A stretch of 64,000 nt of DNA, from assembly GCA_021613535.1 (NCBI GenBank), contig CP075493.1, positions 4,402,001 to 4,466,000 of the forward strand, read 5' to 3'. A program made the position numbers and the translations under genes. The DNA is from Adineta vaga (lineage: Eukaryota; Animalia; Rotifera). This document shows positions 41,173 through 55,342 of this stretch, one piece after another. The notes beneath the pieces are model-generated. The model saw nothing but the letters and a program-made list of their open reading frames with translations. It ran no database searches and was not told the DNA's origin. Position 1 is the stretch's first letter, and every line of letters starts with the position of its first letter.

Positions 41173-43661
41173 TTATCGAGACTTATGATCATGTGAATCT
41201 TTGGTTGAAGCTTGATTTTTTATATTATCAAAATCGGATATGATCTGTTGACATACTTCAGGTGAAAAGCCTGTTACTTTTGATGCAGCTTTTGCAATTT
41301 GATTAATATCATTCGAATGTTGAAATCGTTCTCGATTATTTCCGATTGAAGGCGATGATTTAAGACCTAGTGTATTTGTTGGAGATGCTTCAAGTCCTTT
41401 GTCTTCTAAAGCATGATTGTTGATATTGGCATAGATGCCACGACAAAACCAAGTTAATGATGAAAGAGTGCCACCTACTGGTTTTATTATTACATTTGCA
41501 ATACCTATAAATGTTCCAGCGATACCACCTAATGTTCCGTGACGCTCATAACCAGTACGTGGTGTATTTACAATATCAGTCAAACCATTTCTCCAACCGC
41601 GAATAAGAGCAAGAATAGCTTCATAAAAACCGGTATCGAAATCAACTACATATGGTCGTGAAGATGTAGATGTACTAAATAGTAAGACATGTATCTATCT
41701 GATTTTAAAAATGTACTTGAAGAACCTACCTGTAAGGATCATAGTAGGATGGAGCAACATCCAATGCATCAGTGATTTCTCCATATAAAGAAAAACATCC
41801 AATACATAGATGACCGATACCTTTACTTAAACCAAGAACAAGACCTTCGACAGCAGTATAAGTACCTTTTGACCAAGTCTCTGAAAGTACAGCTTGTTTC
41901 AGACCATTAGATGTATCAGAAAATATTTTCACCACAGCTTTCTGTGAATGTTTCAAAATTCCATGAAAAGGTATATGAACACGATAATCATACATGGATG
42001 GCCAATCACGAGTAGAATGTAAATATAATTGTGATTTATCAATACGTTCAGATAGAACTAATACTTGAGCAATACGTCGAGATATTTGTAAATGAAAATG
42101 TTTTACTCCATAACATGCTGTATAACTTGATTCGAAATCACTTCGCATACGTTCAACAGGTAATTGAGAATGAAATGCGCGTACTGCTTCTTCACAACCA
42201 TTTTCTTTCAATATGGCATCACGTATTTTTTCAGCAGCAACCTTTGTCTCTGATTTATGAACAAACTCAAATGCTTCTGCCAGTTGGTCTGCAGTAATAT
42301 CTTTTCCAGGCACAGCATGTGGACCTACACCATGTTTTTCAATAACTTTTCCCCAAAAAAATTGATCACCAAAGAAAGGTACGATAATTGTAGGTTTGCC
42401 AGCTCGAAGACCTGCAGCAGTCGTACCCGCTCCACCATGATGACATACGGCCGATACTAAAAAACAAAAATAATATTATTGTTGATATACTACTCGTATT
42501 CAGATTGAACTGACCATGTGGAAACAGCCAATCATGTGAAATCTTATCAATTTTAAAGACACTATCCGGTAATTTATCATCATCTTTAGCTAAACCAGAG
42601 AGTACAGCACGATAGCCAGTCTTTTCTAATGCTTCAAGAACAACTTGAAGAATTCGATCCGAATCATGTCCTGTAATGGAACCAAAACCAATGAAGATGG
42701 GTGGTTTTATAGATTTATGATGATCTTTATTATGAAGGCCGAGGAATTTAATTAAATCATCAGATTGATCTGTTGTTGCTGTAGCATCACGTTCTAAGAA
42801 GAAAAATCCTGAAACATTAATATGTGCTGCCCAATCATTTGGTTTAGGTACAATCGATGGTGACCAACAGTAAGTATAAGGCACTTTTTCGTCAATGATC
42901 ATATGTGTTGCTTGCCGTGTATGTAACGATGGTAAACCTAATGTATTATTACGAAATTCATTGATGATATCTCGCATACCAGACCAAGTCTAAATAAAAG
43001 AAAGAAAGTAATATACTCAGCGTAATTATTCTATTATTTATTTACAAACATCTCAATTGCACTATAGGATAACATATTCACTTGTTCTACAGCTCCACGC
43101 GAATAATCGACATTTACAAATGGATGTGGAAAAACAGTTGTTGGTGACCATGGCATGGTAAACATAATATGTATTGGAATATGTAATTTATGTGCACAAT
43201 GTATATGTCCATAAGATGGAGGATTAGCAATAATAGCTTCAGCAGTAAATGGTTTACCAGTTTCATCATCATCAGCAACACAAGCTCGCCACGTTGATTC
43301 GAGAATACTAGCAAGAACTTCACGATTTTTCGTTAAATCACCAGCAGCAACACTACTAACTGATGGTATTACACCTGAAGTTTTTAACCATGAAAGACAT
43401 TAATACAGCTGGATCACCAGCTAATGGATAGAATTCTAAGCCATTGCCACGAACAAAATCACGAAATGTTTCATGCGTTGCTAGACGAACACGATGACCA
43501 AATTTAAGTAATGCTTGACCAAGACTATACAAATAAAAGAATAGAACTTATTTATACAATATATTAACTTACGCAAGAAATGGTTGAACATCTCCTCTTG
43601 TACCAACGATCAATATCAATATATCAATATGAGGTATTTCAACATTTTCTTTTGTTGCCAT
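41173..43661 (-). CDS. Sterol 3-beta-glucosyltransferase-like GT1 enzyme (UGT80/ATG26-like), multi-exon; frameshift near 43383
   Basis: IVGTRGDVQPF, HRVRLATH, AIIANPPSYGHIHCA, YTYCWSPS..PKPNDW, PIFIGFGS and HHGGAGTTAAGLRAGKPTIIVPFFGDQ motifs. Confidence 0.88.
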
Positions 43662-44478
43662 ACTTATTATTTTTGCACGATTTGTTCTACAAAAAAAGAT
43701 AAATGAGTTCGTATTGTTTCTTCAACCGCGTGTGTGGCGAGTAAGTTTTTTTTTTCGTTCTCTTGTCAGAAATAAAAGAAAAGAACGAGCATCATCACTA
43801 ATTTCGTCCTTCATTGTTAACATGGTTATGCGCATTATATTCTTATGGCGCGTTGAGAAGAGAACGAAGAAAAAACAAAAAAAAACGTGTTACATTTTTT
43901 TTCTTTCTACGATCCTCTTTCTCATTGTAAAAAGGCATTCAGTACAACTTCAATGATATAATTGCGTTCAAATTCAACTATCGTTTGGGTTAGAATCAAC
44001 AAGCTGGAAAAGAAATTCCTTGAAAAAGAAAAATACATTATTTGCGTGTACTCACACACTAAGAAAGAAAAGCAAATATGAATCAAAGAATTTTCTTTTT
44101 TTTTGTATATGATAACATCACATCGTGTTTATTATTTATACATTATCAAGCTGGTATTCAAGTTTTTATGAAGTAAAAGCTTTATTCTCTTATCAATACA
44201 TACTCGTTGATGGATTGTAGTAGTAAGAAAGGAAGTTTTGTATTCACAAATATTATGATTGCAAACAGCGTACAAAAATAAAACCACTTTTGTTATTATC
44301 TAAGGCAACTAAGATGCCATTTTTAGTCATTATTCATTTTTATATGAAAAGAATATGACTAAATCAAACTAGACGGATGATAGAGAGGTGAATTAAGATG
44401 AGTGATCGACATGTCCACTTTGTTTGACCTTTTTGTGATGTTCATTCTTCTTTCATATATGACTACGATCACTCTGAC

Positions 44479-44505
<27 letters not shown>
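44479..44505. repeat. (CT)13 microsatellite
   Basis: Perfect ct dinucleotide run. Confidence 0.95.
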
Positions 44506-44509
<4 letters not shown>

Positions 44510-47500
44510 GATATAACTATTGTAAGGGTGAGAGTAGATCTATTTTTCATAATTCTCAATAAAAAATTTTCTTTTACATCAGTTTTCAAAAGAAAAGATT
44601 ATTTATGGATATAGATTTTTGTTACAAGACTATCGTTTGCAGATATTTCCTGTTCTTTCGTTTAATTCACTGTAAAGCTGAAAAAAATAAATCTTTGGTA
44701 CATTTTAAAAATTCAAATCTCTAGCTAAAGTTTCAATATTGTCATGAACAAGGTGGAAACAATACAAAAGAAGGTCACATAAATGAGACGTGGATAGGCA
44801 GGTTTTAACATTACTTCCAATCATCTTCAGTGACAAAGTCAATAATTATCTTCTAACCATGAAAAAGACGAAACAATCATCCTTATCTAAGTATATATGT
44901 GTTAAATGTATATTCTGCATAAAATATCTGTTCCGATACTTCTATCACGTATTTATTCCATTCAACAGAAACATTCTAGAACGGATATCTCTTGAAGATG
45001 AATGTTATTACCAATATTTTAGTCGAATATGTGGTTGTACGATAGAAGATTCTATTTGCAAACTGTTCTGCCCTATATATCACATGTCTATTGAAATGTA
45101 TCAGTGCATCCTTAATCGGTTACTATGCAAATTAAAGCATATTTTTATCAGTCATATAGTACAACGAACCTGTAAAATATTAGAAATGAGATACGACGAT
45201 TTGTATCAACTACTATGTTAATTGTTACAATATTCTTCACCATATGTCGATACAAAAAATGAAACATAGAAAATGACTACGTATAAAAACAGTTCTCTTC
45301 GATTATTTGACTCTCATTGCATCCTATGTTCTACACACCATGATATCATTGAGTAGTAGATGGAAAATAGACGATATCAAAGAAAGTATTTTACAACTAT
45401 TTCATTGACAGTTAACGAAGATTTTGTATATTACTATCTCATAAGAAGACGACTACATGATGAATTATTATTACCACAATTCTTTTCAACTGTTTCGTTT
45501 ACAAATCGTTCGAAATTAAACATATTAGAATAGGATTAATTATTACATGAATAATGAACAGATTTTATCATAATTTTTTCCAATTATTTTCTTACGTCAG
45601 AGACAAGTAACACATACTTCACTATCGAACAAGATCACATGGATTCGAGATAATATTAATGAATGCTCATTTCGATTATATTATCAAATCAAACGCACGT
45701 TTACCATATGTCATAAGATAGTTAAACCTCAGATGAAAACGGAATGAAAGTAACGAAAGTTTTCTTCAATTATCTTGCTTTCATTCAACCAAAATTTTAC
45801 ACATTATCATCGTATTTAGAATCACACAGAAGACTGATCTTATTCACGATAATGATCTTCTACTATTTCACGTCTGAGAATCTACATTCATGTGCTGCAT
45901 AGCATTATTAAATATTATAGAGCATGTAAACAGTATGAAAGAAGAAAGATACTTTCAACTATCCAACTCATATTATATAAACATGACACAAATTATAACA
46001 TCATGACATATGCAGTAGTAGTTGATAATTCATACGAAGATATTTTCTGATTATTACATTGACAACAATGAAATGCTTTGCATGATTGAATCATTAGCGA
46101 AAATCATGTGAGAAAAGAATAATACTTATCATAATGTAAATCTATTATTTCATTCTAAGTAGAAAATAAGATATTTTTATGTATTATCATTGAGAATCAC
46201 ATGAAATTCGAACAGTTAGAAACAGAACTTCTTTCAATTAACTGCTTGACAAAAAATACTTACTTTGAAATAGTATAGAATTTTCGACGTTTACATGAAT
46301 TATAAACAATTTAAAGTACAATGTTATTCAGCTATTTGATCAATCATAAACTCGAATGATACATTACGAGTCTATTGTTTTGAATGACATTACAAATAGA
46401 CAATTGTAACGAAAGATGAGTTCATCTATCTCACTCTCGTTTAATGATGTCTTTACGAACAATAACGTCAAAAATAACATGTAGAAACGGAATAAATCTA
46501 ACGAAACTTCTATTCAAATATGTATCGAAACCTAAAATAATGTATTGTAACTTATTTTATCTCTCAGCATCACAGTTGTAAAATATAAATACAAAGAAAA
46601 TTAATTTCAATTATGTTGTCTACATCACAGAACAGTTCGATCTATTCCATCATCAAAAAGAATTCAATGGTAAAAAGACATCGGTAAAAAAACTTTCATT
46701 CAATTATTTCTTGAATGGGAAATTAAAATCTTCTATATTCCAGTTATATTGGAGATGAAATGTCAAACAGATTTGTTTGACTAAAACTGTCTTCTATTAT
46801 CTTATCAGCATTCGCACGACATCCTGTAAAAATCGTTTCACATTCGTAATTGCATAAAACATAAACAACTTTTATCAAAATTGTAACCGAAAATTTCTTT
46901 TCCCTAGAAATAAAGTGTTCGAATTCATGTTCACAATTCAGATTACGTGAAAAAGAAACAACGGCAACGAAATTTCAAGTCAATTATGTCATTGCTTTTT
47001 CAGTCTCAATAATTATACTACTACATGTTGAGAGATCATGCAGAAAATGTACGACATCAACCAAAATTCTCTTCAAATATACTGCGTTTATATTCAACGT
47101 ATTTTTGAGAGTATATCTCATTTATAGCAACAGAGAATATACACAACTGTACGATAATTCGTATCACTTATTTCGATTACACAAAAGAAAGGGTATGTTG
47201 GCATGTTCGTGTCATACAGAAGCAGAGAAATCGTATAATTTTCATAAAATTTATTTTCAAATATTGCATTTACATGCAACACAAACTTGTCGCATTACGA
47301 AGTGATTCGAGATGATATGACAATCAGATATAGCTCACCAAAGAACTATTCAGATCATTAATAGTTATGAAAGGAAAGTGTATCGTTCTATAGTAGCATT
47401 CTATATGATAGGGTATGAAGAGTATTCTAAACGCGAATCTTTCTTCAACTATTACAATCGTATCCAAACAAACTTTCGTATATCACAAGAACATTGTATA

Positions 47501-49718
47501 TGATGTAGAAATGAAATAGATACAAAGAGTATTCGTTTGACCTATGTTCTTCATATAAAATGACAACTGTGCATATCATCACATATTAGAATATCACACA
47601 GCAATTGAATAATTATGAGCAATGTATAAATCAACTATCTCATTCACATTGATTCATTGTGTAATACATCATGAACATGTAACACATTGTATAAAAATCG
47701 AATAGTTGTTAAGAAAATATTATTCAAATATAATTTCGATTATCAATTACAGCTGAAAACTGTATGACATCATAATGATACAATAGAAATTGAATATCTC
47801 GTATCATAATTATTTTCCATTATCCGATGGATATTGAATTCAATCATTGTATTCATTCACATCATTGAAAATGACATAAGAAATACACAGGAGTCTCATC
47901 AAGATTACTTTCAACTAATCTATCTATCATGTATCAAACGATACACTCTGAGGTACTATTAATGATTACATAGAAAGTAGTTATCATCTACGAAATCTAC
48001 TTTCAATTATGATAGTCACATCAAACTATTGTTTTACACATGGTAGTCTTACTAAAGATTACTAAAAATCTGGACAATACTCAGTAGAATTTCGTTCGAC
48101 TATTACCATTATACGGAGAGATGATAGTCAATCAATCTGAAGGATGTAGATGGTACGGCGATGATATAGTTACTAGCAACTTGATTTTCCACTATTATAT
48201 TGAAGTCAAATTAAACTTTCGTAGACGATGAGAAATAATGACTTGTTTGATAGTCGAACTAATATCAGCAACGACATTTTCAACTGTATTTCAGACATAA
48301 AACTCGAGTATTGTATATAGGAACATTTCCAAAGATCATATGTAAGATGAACATTGTCAGTATTGATTCAATCAAATTTTCTGTTCAATCATCTATATCT
48401 GTTGATACTATCAGAATGTCGGAAATCATATGAAAAAGAGACAGTTATAAAAACGATTTTGTTCAAGATTGTCAACACATTTCAATGAAAGGCGTACAGA
48501 TTGAAATACAAGAGAATATTGTATAACATATGAAATATTGCAAAAACAGTCCTTTTCTCTTATCTTATTGATGTCACGCTAAAGTTGTCTATGGTATAGC
48601 GGTAATAAAAATCGTGTGGAAATTTAACGGAGACAATCAAAATACTGTTCATTTATTTAATTCCCGTACAGTTTAGAGTTTATGCGATGCATACAATAAT
48701 TGAAGAGATATATCAAGCGAATGATACATACGAATATTCTATCCAATTATTTCACGAGTGTACAGTATAGGATTTACCATATAACTATACTATTTAAAAT
48801 CACATGATAAGTGATGATGTTGTGCAAATTTCGATTAAATTATTGTACTCACACAAAATGTCAATATTTCAAAGGATGATACTACTAAAGAACACAATGA
48901 AACCGATAAACTTTCAATAATACATTCTTCAATTATTTCTCTTACATCAAATCATTGCTTTCTAAATGCAATTCATAAAGATAATCAGATAATAATGAAC
49001 AATTCTCAGCAGAGTCCTATTCAACTACTTCACTAATATCAAACTTATGCATGACATACCATACTGTTATGAACAACGACAAGATTTCTGACAAAACTCA
49101 TCACTATGCTATTGGCATATTCAGACTATATGCAGTGACAGTATTCTAAAATATAAGAGTATTGATGATGATCTAGAAAATAGATAAATTTTATAATAGA
49201 TCTATTTCATTATTCCATTCATAATTAAGAACAACTGCAATTACCATCATCGGAATAAAAAATATATGTTAAAGAAATCATTCTTAGCAAAATTTCATTA
49301 AATATTGTTGTCATATAAAATCATAAAATTACGTATATTGACACAAATGAATATCACATAATAAATGGATAAACGTTACGATAACATCTTTCAAATAACT
49401 TGATCATCTCGAAAGAAAAAATCAGAATTTCTCACAGATCTTGACAATCAATAGTTATTTGAATGTTTCCTATCAGATTTTCTTTCAATTATTTCATTCA
49501 GAACAAGATGAATTGTATTTTAAACGACATGCTCGAGAATGATATGAAATATGAACGATTATCAAAAACATTCTCTTCAATTATAATACTCACATGTAAA
49601 AATATGGTTTGCTCATCATAATAATGTTGATACTAATAGAATTATTGAACTATTCACACCAACTTGTAGTTCATATAATGTGTGTACACTTCTTATTTAC
49701 ATAATTCGATTCTAAACT

Positions 49719-50944
49719 TCAATTCGATATAATAGTAGACTTGTGTGAATCTTTCTGCTGATTGCTTGTACTATGATAGTGATCTGGAATATGATGATCA
49801 TCATCTCCTAAAATAAATAAGATTTTTTTTCCAGCAAAAGAAAACAAAATGTTTGCAAAGCTTCAAATGTTTACTTACGTCGACGTTGTTGTATTAAATC
49901 TAAATAGATAATATATTTAATATGTTCAGTACCAGGTTCCATTCGATCAACAGTAAAACAAACGCCTGGAAATAGTAATTCTTCTTCTTCATGTGGATAT
50001 TCAGAGAATGGTTTAAGATTTATAGTAAATGCATGTTTTATTGTCATTATAAATAATACATTGCCAAATTTCTCAGCTTGAACTCGACTTCGGCTACATG
50101 AAGTAAATGATTGAAATGAACACAAAGTTCTCTCTTTTTTTAAACAATCGTTTTTAAAAGCAGCAATAACTTCATTGCTTAATTTAGCTCCTCGATAGAG
50201 TACAGTTCCTTTTTCAGTCGATTCATAATTATATGGACTATCCCATAGAAGTAAACAAAATGGTCCCAATGTACGTACTTTACTTCGCCAATTATGTTCA
50301 TGTTCTTGACTTCCAATTAATCGCATTACTTCATTTAATTTCTTGTACACAAAACTTTCCAAGGAATAAATATAGGCACAACATTCCCATACTTCTTCAA
50401 CTGATGCATCTTTAGTCTCCAATAACATATTTGCTAGTTCTTCACCTTCTCGTTGTTTCTTTAATAATTTACCTTCTTCATTAATACCATCTGCTGCATT
50501 TTTCACAAGCATAGGAATAATCTTTTTATTCACTGATGGTAATTGATTTGGAGTTATTTTTAGTTTTTTAACTGTTTCTTTAATAAAAGGAGATATCCAT
50601 CCATATAATCCACCAAATGGACGATTAGGATTAATCGGAACGTATGTAAATCGTTCTTCTCGTGGATGATAATCATCTCTATCACATTCTACTCTTTTCA
50701 CCGGTCGTTGTTTATTGTTATCAAAATTTGAACTTTGTATTCCATCATTAAAATTGATTGTATATTCATCTAATTCAACTTCGATATTATCAGCCATATA
50801 CGCTCTTTCGATGATAATATTCTCGACATCAGAATAGGGTTTCCATTCTGCTGGTTCAGATTTAGAAAATGGATCAGTATTTGATTTCCACATCCATTGT
50901 ATTCGAGATGAACGAGCATCAGATGCATTCGTTGCAGAAGCCAT
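49719..50944 (-). CDS. WWE-domain + R-S-E-type ADP-ribosyltransferase; intron 49878-49808
   Basis: WWE: QWMWKSN...WKPYSDVENIIIERAY...YTINF...QRPVKR. ART: LYRG, FTSCS, HEEEELL. Small terminal exon ends KSTIISN*. Confidence 0.85.
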
Positions 50945-51716
50945 CTTGAAGAAAATATTCTTTTTTACGTAATAATTAACAAAAACGACACTTTAAATAT
51001 ACGTTTCTACCCATAACAGAAGGTACGACCTTCCATTTATTTATATTCATGACATATTTAGAAATAAAAACTTCTATGCTATCGACTTATTCATTCAAAA
51101 TAAAAATAGTCAAACATGACTCAATTCAAAATCATGATACTTATTTATAAATGAGCGAAATAAATTTACACTATCGTAGGCGAAAAAATTTTAATAGACG
51201 TTTTGCGATGTATACCTTTACATTTTAATGATGTACTCGTACATCTGATTAGAAAAAATGAGTAAGATGCATCGTACATACTTTTCTTCGTTAAGAGAAC
51301 ATATCACGAACATTGAAAACATCCATTTAACAAATATCTTTTGATCGATAATAAAAACAAAACAATTTTATCTAAATTTCGCTCGTTTAGGGATATTGAT
51401 GTAAGAAAAAAAACGTGTAGAAAAAATAAGCATTATCTAGGTAGTGTAAAGAAGAGGAAATAATGATCGAATAGAAAGAAGAAAAAACATAGGAGAAAGG
51501 TATCAAACAAATGAAACAGGATCGTAATCATTCATCGAAAAATCACGGTAAAATAATGTATGATTTTCTTTTTTTTATTTCATAGACCGTGAAATTTCCT
51601 GAACTGGTCAAAAGCTTACTGAATGATATCATGATTACAATATTATATCATGGACTAAAACTTTTGAATTATCGAAATCAATATGAAAAGCAATTCAAAT
51701 TAAAGCAGATTATTAT

Positions 51717-54642
51717 TCATATGAGTCTATAGTTTGGTAGAACTTTTAATTGAAATCCAACGAATTTTTGTTGAACTCTATTTTCTAATTCATTTCTATA
51801 AATGGTGGATGGTAATACGAATATAAAGAATGTTAATACGGATGGAATAAATGAAAGAAAGTAATAAAAGAATTGTACGTTTGAATTCTTGATGGATATC
51901 GAACAAAACGCCAAAATCTTTGATTATCACCATCATTATCATGAATTAATTCACGATAATAAGAATCATGTATATGTGAAAGTAATGTTAAACATAATAC
52001 AATTAGAACAATCCACTTCGCTAGTTTTTTCTTTTTCATTTTATTAAAATTAGAACTACGAATTGTACTTATTACTCGTGCAATAGATATACAGGCAATA
52101 ATCCATTGATTGGATGCTAAAAATGATTTAAGTAACATATCAATTGATTTACAACCAAATAAAAGTACAGATTCATTTCGAATGATATCCAATTGTGAAA
52201 GAATCAAATGAATAAATTTCAATACCAACATAAGTATCATTCCAAATGAAATAATTGACGAAAAAAAGAAAATATTGATCACAACAGCCAGTTTCTCTCA
52301 AGTTCATTGTATGAAATGTTAAATAATAACTTTGATTTGTTAATTCAATAAAAATGAGATTAAATTGTTTTGAGATGTAAAATATCACTGTATTATTGTC
52401 GATGGAAATTTTCTTTAAAATTGTTGTTCGTTCATGTTCAGCATATTGAAATATTGTAATAAAATGAATAAACGCAAATGATGAATGTTTTATTATTGTC
52501 TGATCTAAATTCAGATGAATGCGAGAACTTAAATATTCACATTTGGAACCAAAATAATCTAATGAACAAATGCAAATATTCGGAGTGAGACAAAATGAAT
52601 CTTTTGAACACTGACATTGATAAGATACATTGCAGAATTGACCAGAATAACCTTGATCGCATTGACAGAAAAATTTCGAATTATTACTGATATATTGCAG
52701 ACGTGTACCACATGATAAGTGACACGATTTTATCAACGATCGTTCGTTTGGAATGAATAATTGAGTTCAAAGGCGATTGACAGAAAGGAAATGAAATGGA
52801 ATTGATAAATACCAACTTGTCCAATGATCCCAAGGTGATTTTATTCTACAGATCAATACGAATAGAATAATTCTTTGATGATGATGATTTTGGTCGTTGT
52901 GGATATAAAATATAAAGATTAAATTTTGTACGACAATCTCGAGCGGTGCGTAAATAATTTGTTCATAATTTCGTGTGATTTCACCTTGTTCATCGATTAA
53001 CATAATAATAACTTGAAAAATATTGAAATATAAGACTAATTCGTTGACTTTACCACTGATATCGTGATCCAAAATAGCTTGGTGGACAAAGACAAGTTTT
53101 TGTTTAATTAATTCCAGATAAAAGAAGTATACCTCGATGACAAAACCATGTTTGTGATATATCCATAGGTATACGAACTTTTTTCTCTTCATTAGTTGTA
53201 GAAATATGTTTGATAGACAACGATGAAGTTACAACTGGAAAATTGCCCAATCTCAAAGCGGTTAAAGATAGTTCTTTGCGTTTTTGTAGTACATCTATTT
53301 TCAAATGACATAAGTGTTCTCCTGTATCATATGACATGACAGGATTTTTCATATTCATGCTAGATATTTGTTGTCTATAAAGGCATACATCTTCTTTAGC
53401 TATTGTTGATGTTGTCATCTGCGAATAACATAAGTTGCCGTCATGAAGACATTTTGTTTTATTCCACAAATAGTATATATTTTCATTGATAATAGTTTCA
53501 TTAGTAAAGTAGATTGGTCGGTTGGCATATGTATCACAATAATCTCGAATAATTTCAGCTATTTGATTTATTGGTAAACAATGAGTTAGTTTCAAATTAT
53601 CATCTGTACATTCATGTTCATTCAAAGCATTTGGACAATCCCAAATCTTATCACAATGAACATATGGACTATGACATGGCCATAATTCACAGTGACGAAA
53701 ATCTTTATATGTATAGTCAAGCATCCGTTGTGCTGCTACGCCAAGAAAAGATTTCGAATATGATGTTGTTTTATGAAAATCATTTTTATGATAAATCTGT
53801 ACATCTTCTCCATTCAAACAATCTTCAAACCCATTATTAATTGTAACGAATGGTAGACATTTACGTTTTTCCATGTTGCATTTCGATGATGTATTACAAT
53901 GAAATTCAAGTGAATTTTTGCAAGACATTGCAATATCTTGAATCAGACGTACGAGTGCAAGTCAATCCATTAATTATTTCAATATCGATTACAGTACTTT
54001 CTAGAAAAGGAGATTTTTTTGGATTAAAACAAACCAAATCAGGTTGAATATTTTCTTCGAATTCATTCATTGTACGATTGGTATAATTGATAAATTGAAA
54101 AAGACCAAACATAATCGGTTTCTCCGGTAAAACTAACCATTCCGACGAGCATTTCTCTTTCAAAGGTTGACAATCTTCAATCGAAAGACCTTCTGATTGC
54201 AGCTCTTCAGTTGATAAACTATACGAAATCTAAAAATGAGATAAATTCGACAGAATACTATAGAAGATCTTCGACTAAAAAGTTTTCTTACCAAATTTTC
54301 CGTTAGCATGAAGTACGCAATGTTGGCATATATGAACCTATAGTAAATTGACCATCTCCACATGCAAATTGTTGAGGATATCGTGTAGTTCGTTCTTCAC
54401 ATCGAAATATTGGTAAAATTTTCAAGAAAACGATAGCACGTTCCAGTAGTCATTTGAAATCTATGATCAGCTCGTTGATCGAACGTTTCTCGAACAACGT
54501 CGTTAAATATCGTGGACACATTGTACCAAACCATGAAAATGAACATTTATAATAAATCTCGATCATTCGAATGGTATAATACATGTTGAAGATAAGTTCT
54601 GTGATACAAAGCAAAACTAATTAATACATGTAGGAAAATCAT
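51717..54642 (-). pseudogene. Fragmented LDLa/EGF-ectodomain GPCR-like pseudogene
   Basis: Successive fragments in different frames: TCYRFL, FACGDGQ, CDKIWDCPNALNEHEC, CQCDQGYSGQFC, CSLDYFGSKC and 7TM pieces (WIIACISIARV, FIPSVLTFFIFVLPSTIYR). Many stops, frameshifts and internal deletions. Confidence 0.75.
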
Positions 54643-55342
54643 TCTTGTTTTATTGTCATACTATCTTTCATTCTGATTTCATTTCAGTATGATTCTCATA
54701 TTTGCTCAAACTTCCTGCTTTTCTTCTGGTAGAGATAAATATATATTTCCTTTGATTTGCATAATCATGCAATGTTTCCATTAATTCTTATCTTATAAAT
54801 GCACTAATAGCTATGTTCGTCAGTGCAATATTAAAATCATAGATAGCTGATTTATTCGGGAACTTTCAATGTCGTAAGGACTCAGAAGATCTAGAAAGTA
54901 ACAATTTAAAAAGAATAAATACTCGCAGATATTCGCATGCTTATTTTGAGCATATCTATTTTCATTTCAACAGCTATTTTTACCTTCGTTTCAAGGTTTA
55001 TTTAGAAATGAAGTGATTGTTTTTATTGACATATTTTCAAATCGAATTGTTACTATTAACATACAATTTCATTTTAAACAAAAACCTTCTACACTTTTTC
55101 TTTTATGAAAAAGAAGAAAAAGAAAACGGCATTAATAACAATAAATGAAACACTTTTTCGTTTCTTTTGCTTCTCCGTTTAGGAAGCATTGTAAGGATAA
55201 AAGAGAGAAAGAGAAAAGAAAAACGAATCCTGTCGTCAAAATAATTAGAAAAAAAAAGAAAAGAAAGAGAAAGAAACGAGAAAAATATAGATGATTATTT
55301 TGTTCGTCATCACACAAAAACATATGCAAAACAACTAGTTTA

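Noticed and set aside
44790-45221. 143-aa plus-strand ORF
   Set aside because: Non-ATG start, no recognisable domain and composition typical of a random AT-rich ORF.
45880-46000. Minus-strand YNLCHVY...CYAAH resembling the PIWI C-terminus
   Set aside because: Spacing is wrong, there are several stops and no other Argonaute motifs.
48121-48180. Plus-strand WYGDDIV resembling an RT/RdRp catalytic motif
   Set aside because: No flanking polymerase motifs are recognisable and stops lie nearby; compatible with chance.
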